The position numbers were made by a program, and so were the translations under genes. Shown one piece after another: positions 1 to 7,948 of a stretch of DNA of 24,000 nucleotides; the stretch's first letter is position 1; every line of letters begins with the position of its first letter. The DNA is taken from contig DAOVXH010000004.1 of assembly GCA_030636255.1 (NCBI GenBank), positions 1-24,000 on the forward strand, in the 5' to 3' direction. The DNA is from Methanomassiliicoccales archaeon. GTDB taxonomy: Archaea; Thermoplasmatota; Thermoplasmata; SG8-5. The notes below the pieces were generated by a model. The model had not been told where the DNA came from, did not search any database, and saw only the letters and a list, made by a program, of their open reading frames with translations.

Positions 1-1055
1 ACAGCACCCAATCCTCGAATCTTTTCCGTTGAAAGAATACCAATCACTGCTTCTGGATATGCATCGCCAGTAGGATGTATCTGGATTGTATCTACATCTT
101 TCAGGTTTGCACCTGCATGATAGGCCATTACAAGGCCATCGCCTGTTGCACCATAGTGATTTGTAGTTGGATAATTGGAGAGATGAAGCCTTCCACTTCC
201 ACCGGTAGCCAGTATGGTAACTTTTGACCGAATAACATAGTATTCATCAGTTTCCATATTGAATGCAATTCCTCCAGAAACAATGCCCTGGTCATCCTTG
301 AGCAATTCAATGACTGGACAGAACTCCAGTACCGGAATCTCAAGGTTCCTGGCCCTGTCGCGGATATTACGCATTAGCTCCATGCCAGTATAGTCCTTGG
401 CACTGTGCATTCGGTTCCTGCTGGTTCCTCCACCAGAAAGTTCCTGGAACTCGCCATTCTCCATACGGTCATACATAACACCCAGACCAAGATGCCATTT
501 TATTATCCCGGGAGCATCCATTGCCAGTGCTTTTGCCAGCTCTGGTTTATTGGTGAAATGACCGCCACCATAAATGTCAAGATAGTGCATTTCAGGATTG
601 TCAACTGGCCTGTCTGCGGCTTGAATTCCGCCCTGGGCCATCATTGAATTGGCATCACCATGTCTGAGCTTGGTTGTTATGAGAATTTTATCTAATGGAA
701 CCCCGCCTTCCTCGTGGGCGAACAATGCAGCCACGGTTCCAGCTCCTCCCCCACCGATAATGAGTATGTCTACATCATAGTCTATCTTTGTGAGGTCAAC
801 ATCCTTTGTTTCCAGTATGGATTTTGATTCCAGAAGATCTACAATGCCATTGTAAATTTTTTCACCCTTGTTTGGACCCAGCGCGACTTCCCGTATTGTG
901 CTGTCCATGAAATCAGGGTGGTACTTTTTGAGTACTTCTGCCCTTCCCTCCATTGACAAGGCAGGTACGTCTGTCTTGAGATTTTGTACCCGTTTCTCCT
1001 CAACAAGTTTTATTGATTCCATCATGTAATCCGGATAACCGTCTATGGTCTTCAT
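1..1055 (-). CDS. FAD-dependent oxidoreductase of the succinate dehydrogenase/fumarate reductase flavoprotein family (5' part only; gene runs off the left edge)
   Basis: The minus-strand frame is open from ATG 1055..1053 to position 1. It is absent from the ORF track because there is no stop in the window. My translation reads MKTIDGYPDYMMESIKL...DVDILIIGGGGAGTVAALFA...TGGSGRLH...IQIHPTGD...LSTEKIRGLGA. The GxGxxG FAD fold begins only about 95 residues in; the later motifs are FrdA/SdhA-type. GAGGAGGTGG precedes the ATG, and the start overlaps the upstream Fe-S gene's stop as ATGA. Confidence 0.75.
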   Translation of the reverse strand, partial: MKTIDGYPDYMMESIKLVEEKRVQNLKTDVPALSMEGRAEVLKKYHPDFMDSTIREVALGPNKGEKIYNGIVDLLESKSILETKDVDLTKIDYDVDILIIGGGGAGTVAALFAHEEGGVPLDKILITTKLRHGDANSMMAQGGIQAADRPVDNPEMHYLDIYGGGHFTNKPELAKALAMDAPGIIKWHLGLGVMYDRMENGEFQELSGGGTSRNRMHSAKDYTGMELMRNIRDRARNLEIPVLEFCPVIELLKDDQGIVSGGIAFNMETDEYYVIRSKVTILATGGSGRLHLSNYPTTNHYGATGDGLVMAYHAGANLKDVDTIQIHPTGDAYPEAVIGILSTEKIRGLGA

Positions 1056-1804
1056 TGGTCCACCTCCTCATCCAGGTCACCCTTGGCCTCTATTTTTCTC
1101 TTCTTATATAGGTCAAGAATAGTATCCTTGTCCATGGACATCATTTTATCAACCTCGTCCAGGTATTTTCCTTTGTCCATTTCTTCCATACGGGCATTGA
1201 GTTCCTTTGATTCCGGGTCTATGTACTTTCCTCTCAATCTACGTGCAAGCTGGCCAACATGATAATGTTTGATATCGGCTGGACATCTCATTGCACACAA
1301 TCCGCACTGAATACAGTCAAATGAAATTTCGGCAGCCTTTGTAATATTGCCACGAAGTGCATTCTGGATATACATCATTACATTGATATCCTGGGGACAT
1401 GATTTTGTGCAGGTATTACATGATACACATCTGGCTATCTCGGGATAGATTGAAAGAATTATATTATCTTCAGGAGCCAGGTCATTGATGTCATACTTGG
1501 CTTTGTATGCTGGGACAAAAGGTATCTGGACCAGGTACATACCATCCTCAACAAGGGCTTGACAGGCAAGGGCAAAGTGCAATTTTTGCTCTTTCTCCTT
1601 TCTGTAGACCGTAGCACATGCCCCACAGAAGCCTGCTCGGCAACCGCAGCTTCTGACATACTGATAGCCAGCATATTCTATTGCCTTCATTATGGTGAAG
1701 CCCACAGGCACTTCATATCTTTTGCCCATGATGAAAATCTCCACATTACCAGCTTCCTGGATAGGTTCGTCTTGCTTTGCACACTCGACATCTGTCTCGG
1801 TCAT
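1052..1804 (-). CDS. Iron-sulfur subunit, SdhB/FrdB-like (2Fe-2S ferredoxin-like N-domain plus two 4Fe-4S motifs)
   Basis: Track ORF 1052..1831. Cysteine motifs are CGCRAGFCGAC, CVSCNTCTKSCP and CIQCGLCAMRCP. I moved the start to ATG 1804 (MTETDVE...) because GGAGGT lies 6 nt upstream. A start at 1831 would overlap the upstream gene. Confidence 0.75.
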   Translation of the reverse strand: MTETDVECAKQDEPIQEAGNVEIFIMGKRYEVPVGFTIMKAIEYAGYQYVRSCGCRAGFCGACATVYRKEKEQKLHFALACQALVEDGMYLVQIPFVPAYKAKYDINDLAPEDNIILSIYPEIARCVSCNTCTKSCPQDINVMMYIQNALRGNITKAAEISFDCIQCGLCAMRCPADIKHYHVGQLARRLRGKYIDPESKELNARMEEMDKGKYLDEVDKMMSMDKDTILDLYKKRKIEAKGDLDEEVDQ

Positions 1805-1823
1805 TTCAAAACCTCCGATGTAA

Positions 1824-2702
1824 TCAATCAATCACCCCTTTCTTCTTAAGAATTGGATTGGGGTCAACTGCATTTAAATCTAATCCCAGTGACTCGGCAT
1901 CCAGGCCAAGTGCAAGGGCAATAAGTTGAGTGAAATATAATGTTGGGAGCTGTCTGTATCCATCATACATGGATTCTGCTTCCTTTCCTCTGACATCCAG
2001 ATTATACTTGCACAGAGGACATGAAAGCATTATTACATCTGCATCATGTTCCAGGGCAAAGCTTGAGATGTTCTTGGCCCTCCTGGATGTTAGCTCTTTC
2101 TGGTCAATAGTCCTGTAGGAACCGCAGCACTCAATATTGAAGGGATTGTTCACAACCTCGGCTCCCAGTGCCTTAATCAGATCGGAAAAAATCTTTGGGT
2201 CTTCAGCATCATCAATGGCTACTTCCCTTGGCCTCAGCAACATGCATCCATAGTAGGGCATTACTTTAAGACCTTTCAGAGGTTTTTTCACCTTCTTCTT
2301 CAAAGTAGCAAAACCAACTTCATCTCTTAAGAATTCCAGAAAATGCATTATATTAACTGTATTATTATAATCATTCTCTTTATCCATAAAATCATTAAGT
2401 GTGTCCAGGTCGCTTTGACTTTCCTTGACCCTGATATCTGTCTGCTTCAATGTATTGTAACACATATCACATAGCACCACAACTTTATCTTGCTTCTGAT
2501 CCTCAATATGAATAAGATTTCTGAGAGGGGCCAGATGATGCATCAAATCATCACTTGTAAGGGATGCAACAACCCCACAACAATTCCATTCTTCCATCTC
2601 CACAAGCCTGTAGCCAAGTTTCTCGGCTATTGCCATGGCTGATGTTTCCAGATTTTTCGCGGAAGTCTTCAGAGTGCATCCAGGGTAATATAGCATGTCC
2701 AT
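1824..2702 (-). CDS. HdrB-like protein with two CCG domains (HdrB / SdhE / TfrB C-terminal family)
   Basis: Two CCG-type cysteine signatures: YYPGC...WNCCGV...LCDMC and YYGCM...IECCGS...LSCPLC. The track start at 2717 is TTG. ATG 2702 (or 2696) is the more likely start. Confidence 0.75.
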   Translation of the reverse strand: MDMLYYPGCTLKTSAKNLETSAMAIAEKLGYRLVEMEEWNCCGVVASLTSDDLMHHLAPLRNLIHIEDQKQDKVVVLCDMCYNTLKQTDIRVKESQSDLDTLNDFMDKENDYNNTVNIMHFLEFLRDEVGFATLKKKVKKPLKGLKVMPYYGCMLLRPREVAIDDAEDPKIFSDLIKALGAEVVNNPFNIECCGSYRTIDQKELTSRRAKNISSFALEHDADVIMLSCPLCKYNLDVRGKEAESMYDGYRQLPTLYFTQLIALALGLDAESLGLDLNAVDPNPILKKKGVID

Positions 2703-2709
2703 AGTATTC

Positions 2710-3144
2710 TCAACCAATATTTTTTCTAAATAGGCTCACAAATGCCATCTGGGGAATGTTTTTCTTTTCTTCCTCGGAAAGACATGTGATTTCTGTTTCA
2801 TCGATACTTAATCTTAATACTATCTGGCGAAGTGCCTCCATGAGAACTGTTATGTTAATATCCCTGGGACATCTCTCAGCGCAAATAAAGCAAGTGGAGC
2901 AAAGCCATATCGTCTTTGAATTCAATACCTCTTTCTTATCAAGGATAATATGCCGTATAACCTCGTCCGGCGTTAGGTCCATCTCCTCTACAAAAGGGCA
3001 GCCTGAAGCACATGTGCCGCATTGATAGCATCCAAAAACATTCTCGTCACAAAGTTCAAGAACCTCATCAACCAGCTTACCTGCCAGTTTAATTTCCTTT
3101 GATGTTTCAGGATGTTCACAATCATTCTCAGACTCTGTTGACAT
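2710..3144 (-). CDS. HdrC-like 2x[4Fe-4S] ferredoxin-domain protein
   Basis: Motifs CYQCGTCASGCP and CSTCFICAERCP. ATG 3144 (MSTESEND...) is preceded by a G7 run on the coding strand. The track start at 3165 is TTG. Confidence 0.7.
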   Translation of the reverse strand: MSTESENDCEHPETSKEIKLAGKLVDEVLELCDENVFGCYQCGTCASGCPFVEEMDLTPDEVIRHIILDKKEVLNSKTIWLCSTCFICAERCPRDINITVLMEALRQIVLRLSIDETEITCLSEEEKKNIPQMAFVSLFRKNIG

Positions 3145-3326
3145 TATACCCCCCCATAAAAACAAAAAGTTTTATGAGCGCTATGAATCATGGGAATAAT
3201 AATAAGATATATAAATGTTAAGTCAATTAATTTTATAAGCCCGTATATTCAAAGAATAATTATGTGAATAAAATCAAAAATAAAAAATATGTAAAAATCC
3301 TAATAATCAAGTATAAATTCGTAATA

Positions 3327-4430
3327 ATGGTAACTATTTCTGACGAAAAGTTCTTATCTATCCGATATATGCACCTCAACATGGTATCGAATATTTCGAA
3401 AAACGAGGGGCTAGTTCTCTGGGGGCTCACTGTTTACCCCGAACTTACTGATATAGAGATTTCCAAGAAACTGGACATGCCACATTCCACTTTCAGCACA
3501 ATAAGAAAAAGACTTCAGAAGAATGAGTATTACACCACTGTAAAGGTTCCAATGGTGCAGAATCTGGGTGCAGAGATGCTGGCGGTTCTTTATACATTTT
3601 TTAACCCGGCAATATCAGTGCAGCAACGGGCAACCATCACAACCAAGACAATTGAAATTTTTGAAGAAATATTCTATTCTGTAGGTGAGACACATAAGGG
3701 ATTTTCTGTATCATTTTCCGGCAATTATACTGCAATTGGCCAGATTACCGAAAGAAGAATAGAAACATTCGCCAAAGAAGGCCTTCTGGACATCCAGCAG
3801 CCCAAGGAAGTTATCTTTCCGTTCAAGATTAGCAAGATTCCATTGTTTTTTGATTTTGACGCACTTATCGCTGATGCCTTTGATATTGATCTAGAAGTTG
3901 AGGGAAAAAGAGGGATTGACCCCTCGGTGCACAATGTTGAACTCTCCAAAACCGAAAAGATTATACTACTGGCCATGGTTGAAAATCCAGATGCCACCGA
4001 CCTTATGCTTTCAGATATTGTTGATATGTCCAGGCATACAGTTTCCAAGGTAAAGCACAAACTGGAGGAAGCAGGTCTCATAACAAAGAAACGAATTCCA
4101 AATCTGGAAAAATTAGGATTCAAGATTATGACTTTCAATCATATAAATTTTAATCCACGCAAACCACTAGATAATGAACTTCTGGAATCCAATGTCCTGA
4201 ACAATCCATCCAGCATATTCCTGGCTGCCCGGAGCTTTGAATGTGTTCTCCTGTCAGTGTACAAGGACTACGAGGCATACCGGGAGGACCACGGAATGAG
4301 ATTGCAGCACCTGAAAGAAAATAATTATCTGGCTGACATGCCTGCTACTGGAAAATACATGATACCCAGTATGGTCATTATGAAGGATATGAATTTTGGG
4401 CCTATTTTGAAGAAGACGCTGATGTTGTAA
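3327..4430 (+). CDS. Putative transcriptional regulator with two tandem winged-helix modules (internal duplication)
   Basis: Track ORF 3264..4430 (GTG start). Module 1 is EGLVLWGLTVYPELTDIEISKKLDMPHSTFSTIRKRLQKNEYYTTVKVPMVQNLGAEMLAVLYTFFNP. Module 2 is EKIILLAMVENPDATDLMLSDIVDMSRHTVSKVKHKLEEAGLITKKRIPNLEKLGFKIMTFNHINFNP. The two are clearly parallel. The start is uncertain: GTG 3264, ATG 3327, ATG 3369 or ATG 3381. Confidence 0.5.
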   Translation: MVTISDEKFLSIRYMHLNMVSNISKNEGLVLWGLTVYPELTDIEISKKLDMPHSTFSTIRKRLQKNEYYTTVKVPMVQNLGAEMLAVLYTFFNPAISVQQRATITTKTIEIFEEIFYSVGETHKGFSVSFSGNYTAIGQITERRIETFAKEGLLDIQQPKEVIFPFKISKIPLFFDFDALIADAFDIDLEVEGKRGIDPSVHNVELSKTEKIILLAMVENPDATDLMLSDIVDMSRHTVSKVKHKLEEAGLITKKRIPNLEKLGFKIMTFNHINFNPRKPLDNELLESNVLNNPSSIFLAARSFECVLLSVYKDYEAYREDHGMRLQHLKENNYLADMPATGKYMIPSMVIMKDMNFGPILKKTLML

Positions 4431-4456
4431 CAATCGGCCAAGGCCGGATGTTACAA
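4425..4456 (+). terminator. Symmetric stem-loop overlapping the stop codon of the regulator gene
   Basis: TTGTAACA-at-CGGCC-aa-GGCCG-ga-TGTTACAA gives 13 bp of pairing. No T-run follows, so a terminator role is uncertain. It could instead be the 5' hairpin of the structured segment that follows. Confidence 0.35.
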
Positions 4457-4458
4457 TT

Positions 4459-4660
4459 CCGGCAGCCGTACAACCTAATTTTCTCGAAATCCAGATGATT
4501 TCGAGTTCCTATGACGGAAAATGTACGGTGCACGGCGGCTATTCCCCAAGGGTGATAAATATCGGGAGGGCTGACGGAAGGAAGCCCGAACGAATCATAA
4601 TAAGAGCGGGATGCAGTCTCCAGACTGGTAATCTGAATAATGCTTAGATGATTTCAAACC
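4459..4660. other. GC-enriched, hairpin-dense intergenic segment; candidate structured ncRNA of unknown class
   Basis: Nested pairing: CCGTACA (4466..4472) with TGTACGG (4522..4528) encloses a perfect 9-bp hairpin, CTCGAAATC-cagat-GATTTCGAG (4483..4505). A second hairpin, GGGCTGAC-GGAA-GGAAGCCC (4568..4587), has a GGAA tetraloop and tandem G.A pairs. CAGTCT/AGACTG pairs near 4615..4630. The 10-mer AGATGATTTC occurs twice (4494..4503 and 4646..4655). Other intergenic regions in the window are AT-rich. Confidence 0.3.
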
Positions 4661-4663
4661 GCT

Positions 4664-5359
4664 CTAGTCAGTTACAACCTCAAATCCATCTTTATCGAAA
4701 ATTAGTGGCAGATAACTCCTGCTGTGATGGGTCTGGCGCATTTTCACAATACTGAACCAGAGCTTGACATCATTTTCATCACGCCTTAGGTCCAGATGGA
4801 ATATTCCGTCTGCCAGGAAATCTTCGCTATTGCTGCAGAATTTGTCCGAGCCCTGTTCCATTTCAGTTATTAGGAATGCGGTAACGTCCATGTCCCTGAG
4901 CCATTCGAAAAAGTGGAATAATTCTTCTCTGGGGCTGTCGAACCTGGCCATTACTTCAAGAATCGGAAGAGAGTCGATAACTACCAAATCTATATCCATA
5001 TTCTTCTTGAGGTTCTTCAAATACATCTTGAAGACCTCCATCCAGGTCTGGTTGGTTAGCTGCACAAGTTTCTTACGGATCATGCCCAAATCAAGAACAC
5101 TTATTTCTTTTTCCAGGCCGCCTAGCTTCATTCCCAGGCCGTCCATATTGGTTAATAAACTATCACGGCCCTGCTCCAGGGTGACATAAACTCCTGCCTT
5201 GTCCTCCCTGTTTGCATTGTGATACAAAATATTGAATGCAAATGATGATTTCATGGTTCCTGGTTTTCCAGCTACAAGTATAACTGAACCTTCTGGAATA
5301 CCGCCCTGCATTACCTCGTCCAGTCCTTTAACATAGGTGTTGACTCTATTTACCTTCAT
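4664..5359 (-). CDS. KaiC/RadA-like RecA-superfamily ATPase (single domain)
   Basis: Walker A is GKPGTMKS and the Walker B-like strand is DLVVIDS. The N-terminal VKGLDEVMQGGIPEGSVILVAG is typical of KaiC-like proteins. GGAGGGG lies upstream of ATG 5359. Confidence 0.7.
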   Translation of the reverse strand: MKVNRVNTYVKGLDEVMQGGIPEGSVILVAGKPGTMKSSFAFNILYHNANREDKAGVYVTLEQGRDSLLTNMDGLGMKLGGLEKEISVLDLGMIRKKLVQLTNQTWMEVFKMYLKNLKKNMDIDLVVIDSLPILEVMARFDSPREELFHFFEWLRDMDVTAFLITEMEQGSDKFCSNSEDFLADGIFHLDLRRDENDVKLWFSIVKMRQTHHSRSYLPLIFDKDGFEVVTD

Positions 5360-5510
5360 ATCTGTGCCCCTCCGTTACTGTACCCATACTTCATTTAACC
5401 GTTATAAACATTTTGTAGGTTAAGGCCAGAGAGAGCCTATAGAGTGTATATATTTTATAAAACACAGTTTTTTATATTCCTCATATATCTCTATTACAAA
5501 AGGTGATGAC

Positions 5511-6128
5511 ATGACAGAGATGAAGAGCATTGACAGTATTGCCACAAGGGCACTTGAGCTCAAGCAGAGCGGAATGAACAATAAAGAGATAGCCAGGGAG
5601 CTGCATTTATCAGAAAATACAATATCCTGGTTGCTTACAAAGGGCGTGAAGTCCAAGAAACCAGAAGGAGACGCTCCAGTTGACGTAAAGATTGGCTGGA
5701 CATCTGTTGGTGTCTATGGTTCACGTATATCATTGATGTCTTCCATATTGGCAGATATACTGATGGAAGAGGCAGGGAAGAAAAAATTCGAAGTTGATAC
5801 CGTGGTTGGAGTTGCCATTAACGGAATACCACTGGCCACCCACATATCAGAAGAGCTGGATTTAGAATTCGGCGTTTATAGACCTCCATATAACATGGAA
5901 GGACCAGGAGCAATGAGTTCCAATTATGCCAGCATAAAGGGCAAGAAAATTGTTATGGTTGATGATGTCATTGGCACAGGAGAGACAATGATTCATACAA
6001 TCAAGGATCTCAAAAGCCAGGGTGCAAAACCCCAGTTGATTTTAACCATTGTCAACAAGACCGATATGAAGGAAATCGAGGGCGTTCCAGTCCGTGCACT
6101 GGTAAGAGCCTTAAGCCTTGCAGATTGA
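5511..6128 (+). CDS. gfcR: GfcR-type regulator (PyrE-like: N-terminal HTH plus phosphoribosyltransferase domain)
   Basis: The HTH is NKEIARELHLSENTISWLL. The PRPP-binding loop IVMVDDVIGTGET sits in the C-terminal PRTase fold. Overall layout matches archaeal PyrE-like/GfcR proteins. AGGTGATGAC lies directly before the ATG. Confidence 0.7.
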   Translation: MTEMKSIDSIATRALELKQSGMNNKEIARELHLSENTISWLLTKGVKSKKPEGDAPVDVKIGWTSVGVYGSRISLMSSILADILMEEAGKKKFEVDTVVGVAINGIPLATHISEELDLEFGVYRPPYNMEGPGAMSSNYASIKGKKIVMVDDVIGTGETMIHTIKDLKSQGAKPQLILTIVNKTDMKEIEGVPVRALVRALSLAD

Positions 6129-6137
6129 GGAAATTCC

Positions 6138-7712
6138 ATGCACTGGGTTGACGTTTACGCAGAAAAGCTCTTAGAGCAAGGTAAGTCACATATTATTGAG
6201 AGTGGAACCTCTATTTCCGGACAGCCGCATCTTGGCAGCGCCGAGGACATAATAATCTGTGATGGAATTCTGAAGGCCATAATCGAGAAGGGCGGCCAGG
6301 CAAAAGCAATCTGGGCCATGGATGACATGGACGGCCTTAGAAAAATACCAGCTCAACTTCCAAAGGAATTTGACAAATATCTTGGACAGCCAGCTTATGT
6401 TTTACCATGTCCGGACGGATGCTGCGGTTCTTTCAGAGAGCATTTTACAAGACCATTCCTTGAAAGCCTGGAAAGAATAGATGTCAAGCCAGAGCCAATA
6501 TCTGTGGCGCAGATGTACCAGGACGGAAAGTATGATGAAGTTGTCACAATCGCACTGACCAGGGCCCAGGAAATTAAAGACATCATGAAAGAGGTTTCAG
6601 GTAGCGAACGAGATGATGACTGGCTGCCGTTCTTTCCCATATGTGAGAACTGCGGAAAAATACTCAGTACAAAGGCCTATGAGTTTGACGGCAAGATGAT
6701 AAAATACACTTGCAAGGGCGGCATTGCCGGTAAAAATTTGATTCCTGGCTGCGGTCATGAGGGAGAGGCAGGCATTCGACAGGGCAAGCTTCCATGGCGT
6801 GTGGAATGGGCAGCAAGATGGAGTCATTTGGGGGTAACCTGCGAGCCAATGGGCAAAGATTTAATGGCTGCCGGAGGGACCTATGAAACAGGAAAGGCCA
6901 TTTGTGAGAAGATATTTGACAGTCCAGCGCCGATGCCAGTACCCTATGAGTGGATAGTCATAGGCGGCGGAAAAAGACTTGGAAAATCTGCTGGCACAAT
7001 TCTAACAATTGGCGAGATGATTGACATTATCACTCCAGAAATCGCCAGATACTTCTTTTTCAGAACCAACCCTGCCAGCCACAAGGAGATTGACTTCGAG
7101 CTGGCAATTCCCAAGCTTGCCGAAGAGTATGAGATTGCCGAGAAAATTTACTTTGATATTGATACTGGATTACCGGAAAAAGAGCTTGACGAAATGAAAA
7201 GAAAATACGAAGTAGCTCAGTTCCAAGGAATACCTGAAAACTTCAGCCAGGTATCTTACTCGCATTTAATTTCAACAGTTCAGACAGCCCAGGATTGGGA
7301 CCATATCTTGAAGAAACTGGCCAGAACTGATGATTTAAGCCAGATGACACCGGAGCATGAGCGTCGCCTGAAAGAAAAAGTTCAGGCTGTAAGAACCTGG
7401 CTTGACACCCACGCACCAGAAAACATGATTTTCCAGCTCCAGATGGAGCACCCGAATGTGGAAATTACCCCGGAGCAAAAAGAAGTACTGGCCACACTTT
7501 TATCCAAGATGGGAAGCATAGAGTGGACTGCGGAAAATGTCCACAGCAGCATTTATGATACTTCCGTGGAATCAGAAATAAAGGCTGGCCAGATGTTCAA
7601 ATTAATTTACCAAATATTCCTGGCCCGAAGCAAGGGCCCCAGACTGGGACATTTACTGGCATCGTTGGAAAAGGATTTTGTGCTTGAAAGAATAAAGTAT
7701 TTTTCGGCTTAG
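6138..7712 (+). CDS. lysK: Lysyl-tRNA synthetase, class I (archaeal type)
   Basis: MHWVDVYAEKL...SGTSISGQPHLGSAED carries the HIGH-like element. Also present: GKLPWRVEWAARW, EPMGKDL and a KMSKS-like GKRLGKSAG. It is collinear with the methanogen LysK sequence as I recall it. The start is 9 nt after the gfcR stop, preceded by GAGGAAA. Confidence 0.9.
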   Translation: MHWVDVYAEKLLEQGKSHIIESGTSISGQPHLGSAEDIIICDGILKAIIEKGGQAKAIWAMDDMDGLRKIPAQLPKEFDKYLGQPAYVLPCPDGCCGSFREHFTRPFLESLERIDVKPEPISVAQMYQDGKYDEVVTIALTRAQEIKDIMKEVSGSERDDDWLPFFPICENCGKILSTKAYEFDGKMIKYTCKGGIAGKNLIPGCGHEGEAGIRQGKLPWRVEWAARWSHLGVTCEPMGKDLMAAGGTYETGKAICEKIFDSPAPMPVPYEWIVIGGGKRLGKSAGTILTIGEMIDIITPEIARYFFFRTNPASHKEIDFELAIPKLAEEYEIAEKIYFDIDTGLPEKELDEMKRKYEVAQFQGIPENFSQVSYSHLISTVQTAQDWDHILKKLARTDDLSQMTPEHERRLKEKVQAVRTWLDTHAPENMIFQLQMEHPNVEITPEQKEVLATLLSKMGSIEWTAENVHSSIYDTSVESEIKAGQMFKLIYQIFLARSKGPRLGHLLASLEKDFVLERIKYFSA

Positions 7713-7767
7713 CTGGTTCAAAAAGTTTAATATGAACCTATCAATACCCGCAAAATGCGTAACGGCT

Positions 7768-7813
7768 CTCGACAAAATATTGTCGAGGCTGCGTGGAATG
7801 CAAAGCATTCCAC
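7768..7813 (+). other. Two adjacent perfect stem-loops between lysK and tRNA-Gln
   Basis: CTCGACAA-aata-TTGTCGAG (7768..7787) and GTGGAATGC-aaa-GCATTCCAC (7793..7813). Neither is followed by a T-run. Function unknown. Confidence 0.5.
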
Positions 7814-7856
7814 TGGCCCCAAGTCTATTCGGCCATTCGTGAACTCATAACCTCAT

Positions 7857-7928
7857 AGCCTTGTGGTGTAGCGGCTATCATGGGAGACTCTGGATCTCTC
7901 GACTCCAGTTCAAATCTGGGCAAGGCTA
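7857..7928 (+). tRNA. tRNA-Gln (anticodon CUG)
   Basis: Manual cloverleaf. Acceptor AGCCUUG pairs perfectly with CAAGGCU. Anticodon stem is GGAGA/UCUCU and the loop is CU-CUG-GA. The variable region is 4 nt. T-stem is UCCAG/CUGGG with loop UUCAAAU. Discriminator is A and no CCA is encoded. A1:U72 plus A73 is the archaeal tRNA-Gln pattern. Confidence 0.9.
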
Positions 7929-7948
7929 TTTAATTATTTTATTATCTG

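Noticed and set aside
128-647. 71-aa (minus) and 80-aa (plus) ORFs at the left edge
   Set aside because: Both lie inside the open minus-strand frame of the SdhA/FrdA-like flavoprotein, which carries clear family motifs.
3264-3326. GTG 3264 start giving an N-terminal MNKIKNKKYVKILIIKYKFVI extension of the regulator
   Set aside because: The extension is AT-rich, promoter-like sequence. However, a leaderless start about 25 nt after the TTTTATAA box cannot be excluded, so the start is flagged as uncertain rather than firmly rejected.
4568-4587. SRP (7S) RNA call based on the GACGGAAGGAAGCCC helix-8-like hairpin
   Set aside because: The intergenic space (~230 nt) is shorter than the ~300 nt I expect for archaeal SRP RNA. 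I could not identify helix 6, the AGCA asymmetric loop or an Alu-domain UGUAAU-type fold. It is kept only as an unclassified structured-RNA candidate.
4495-4647. 50-codon plus-strand ORF (MISSSYDGKCTVHGGYSPRV...) in the structured intergenic segment
   Set aside because: There is no GGAGG-type site upstream and the start codon is buried in a perfect hairpin. Its composition is unlike neighbouring genes. It is not excluded but not called.
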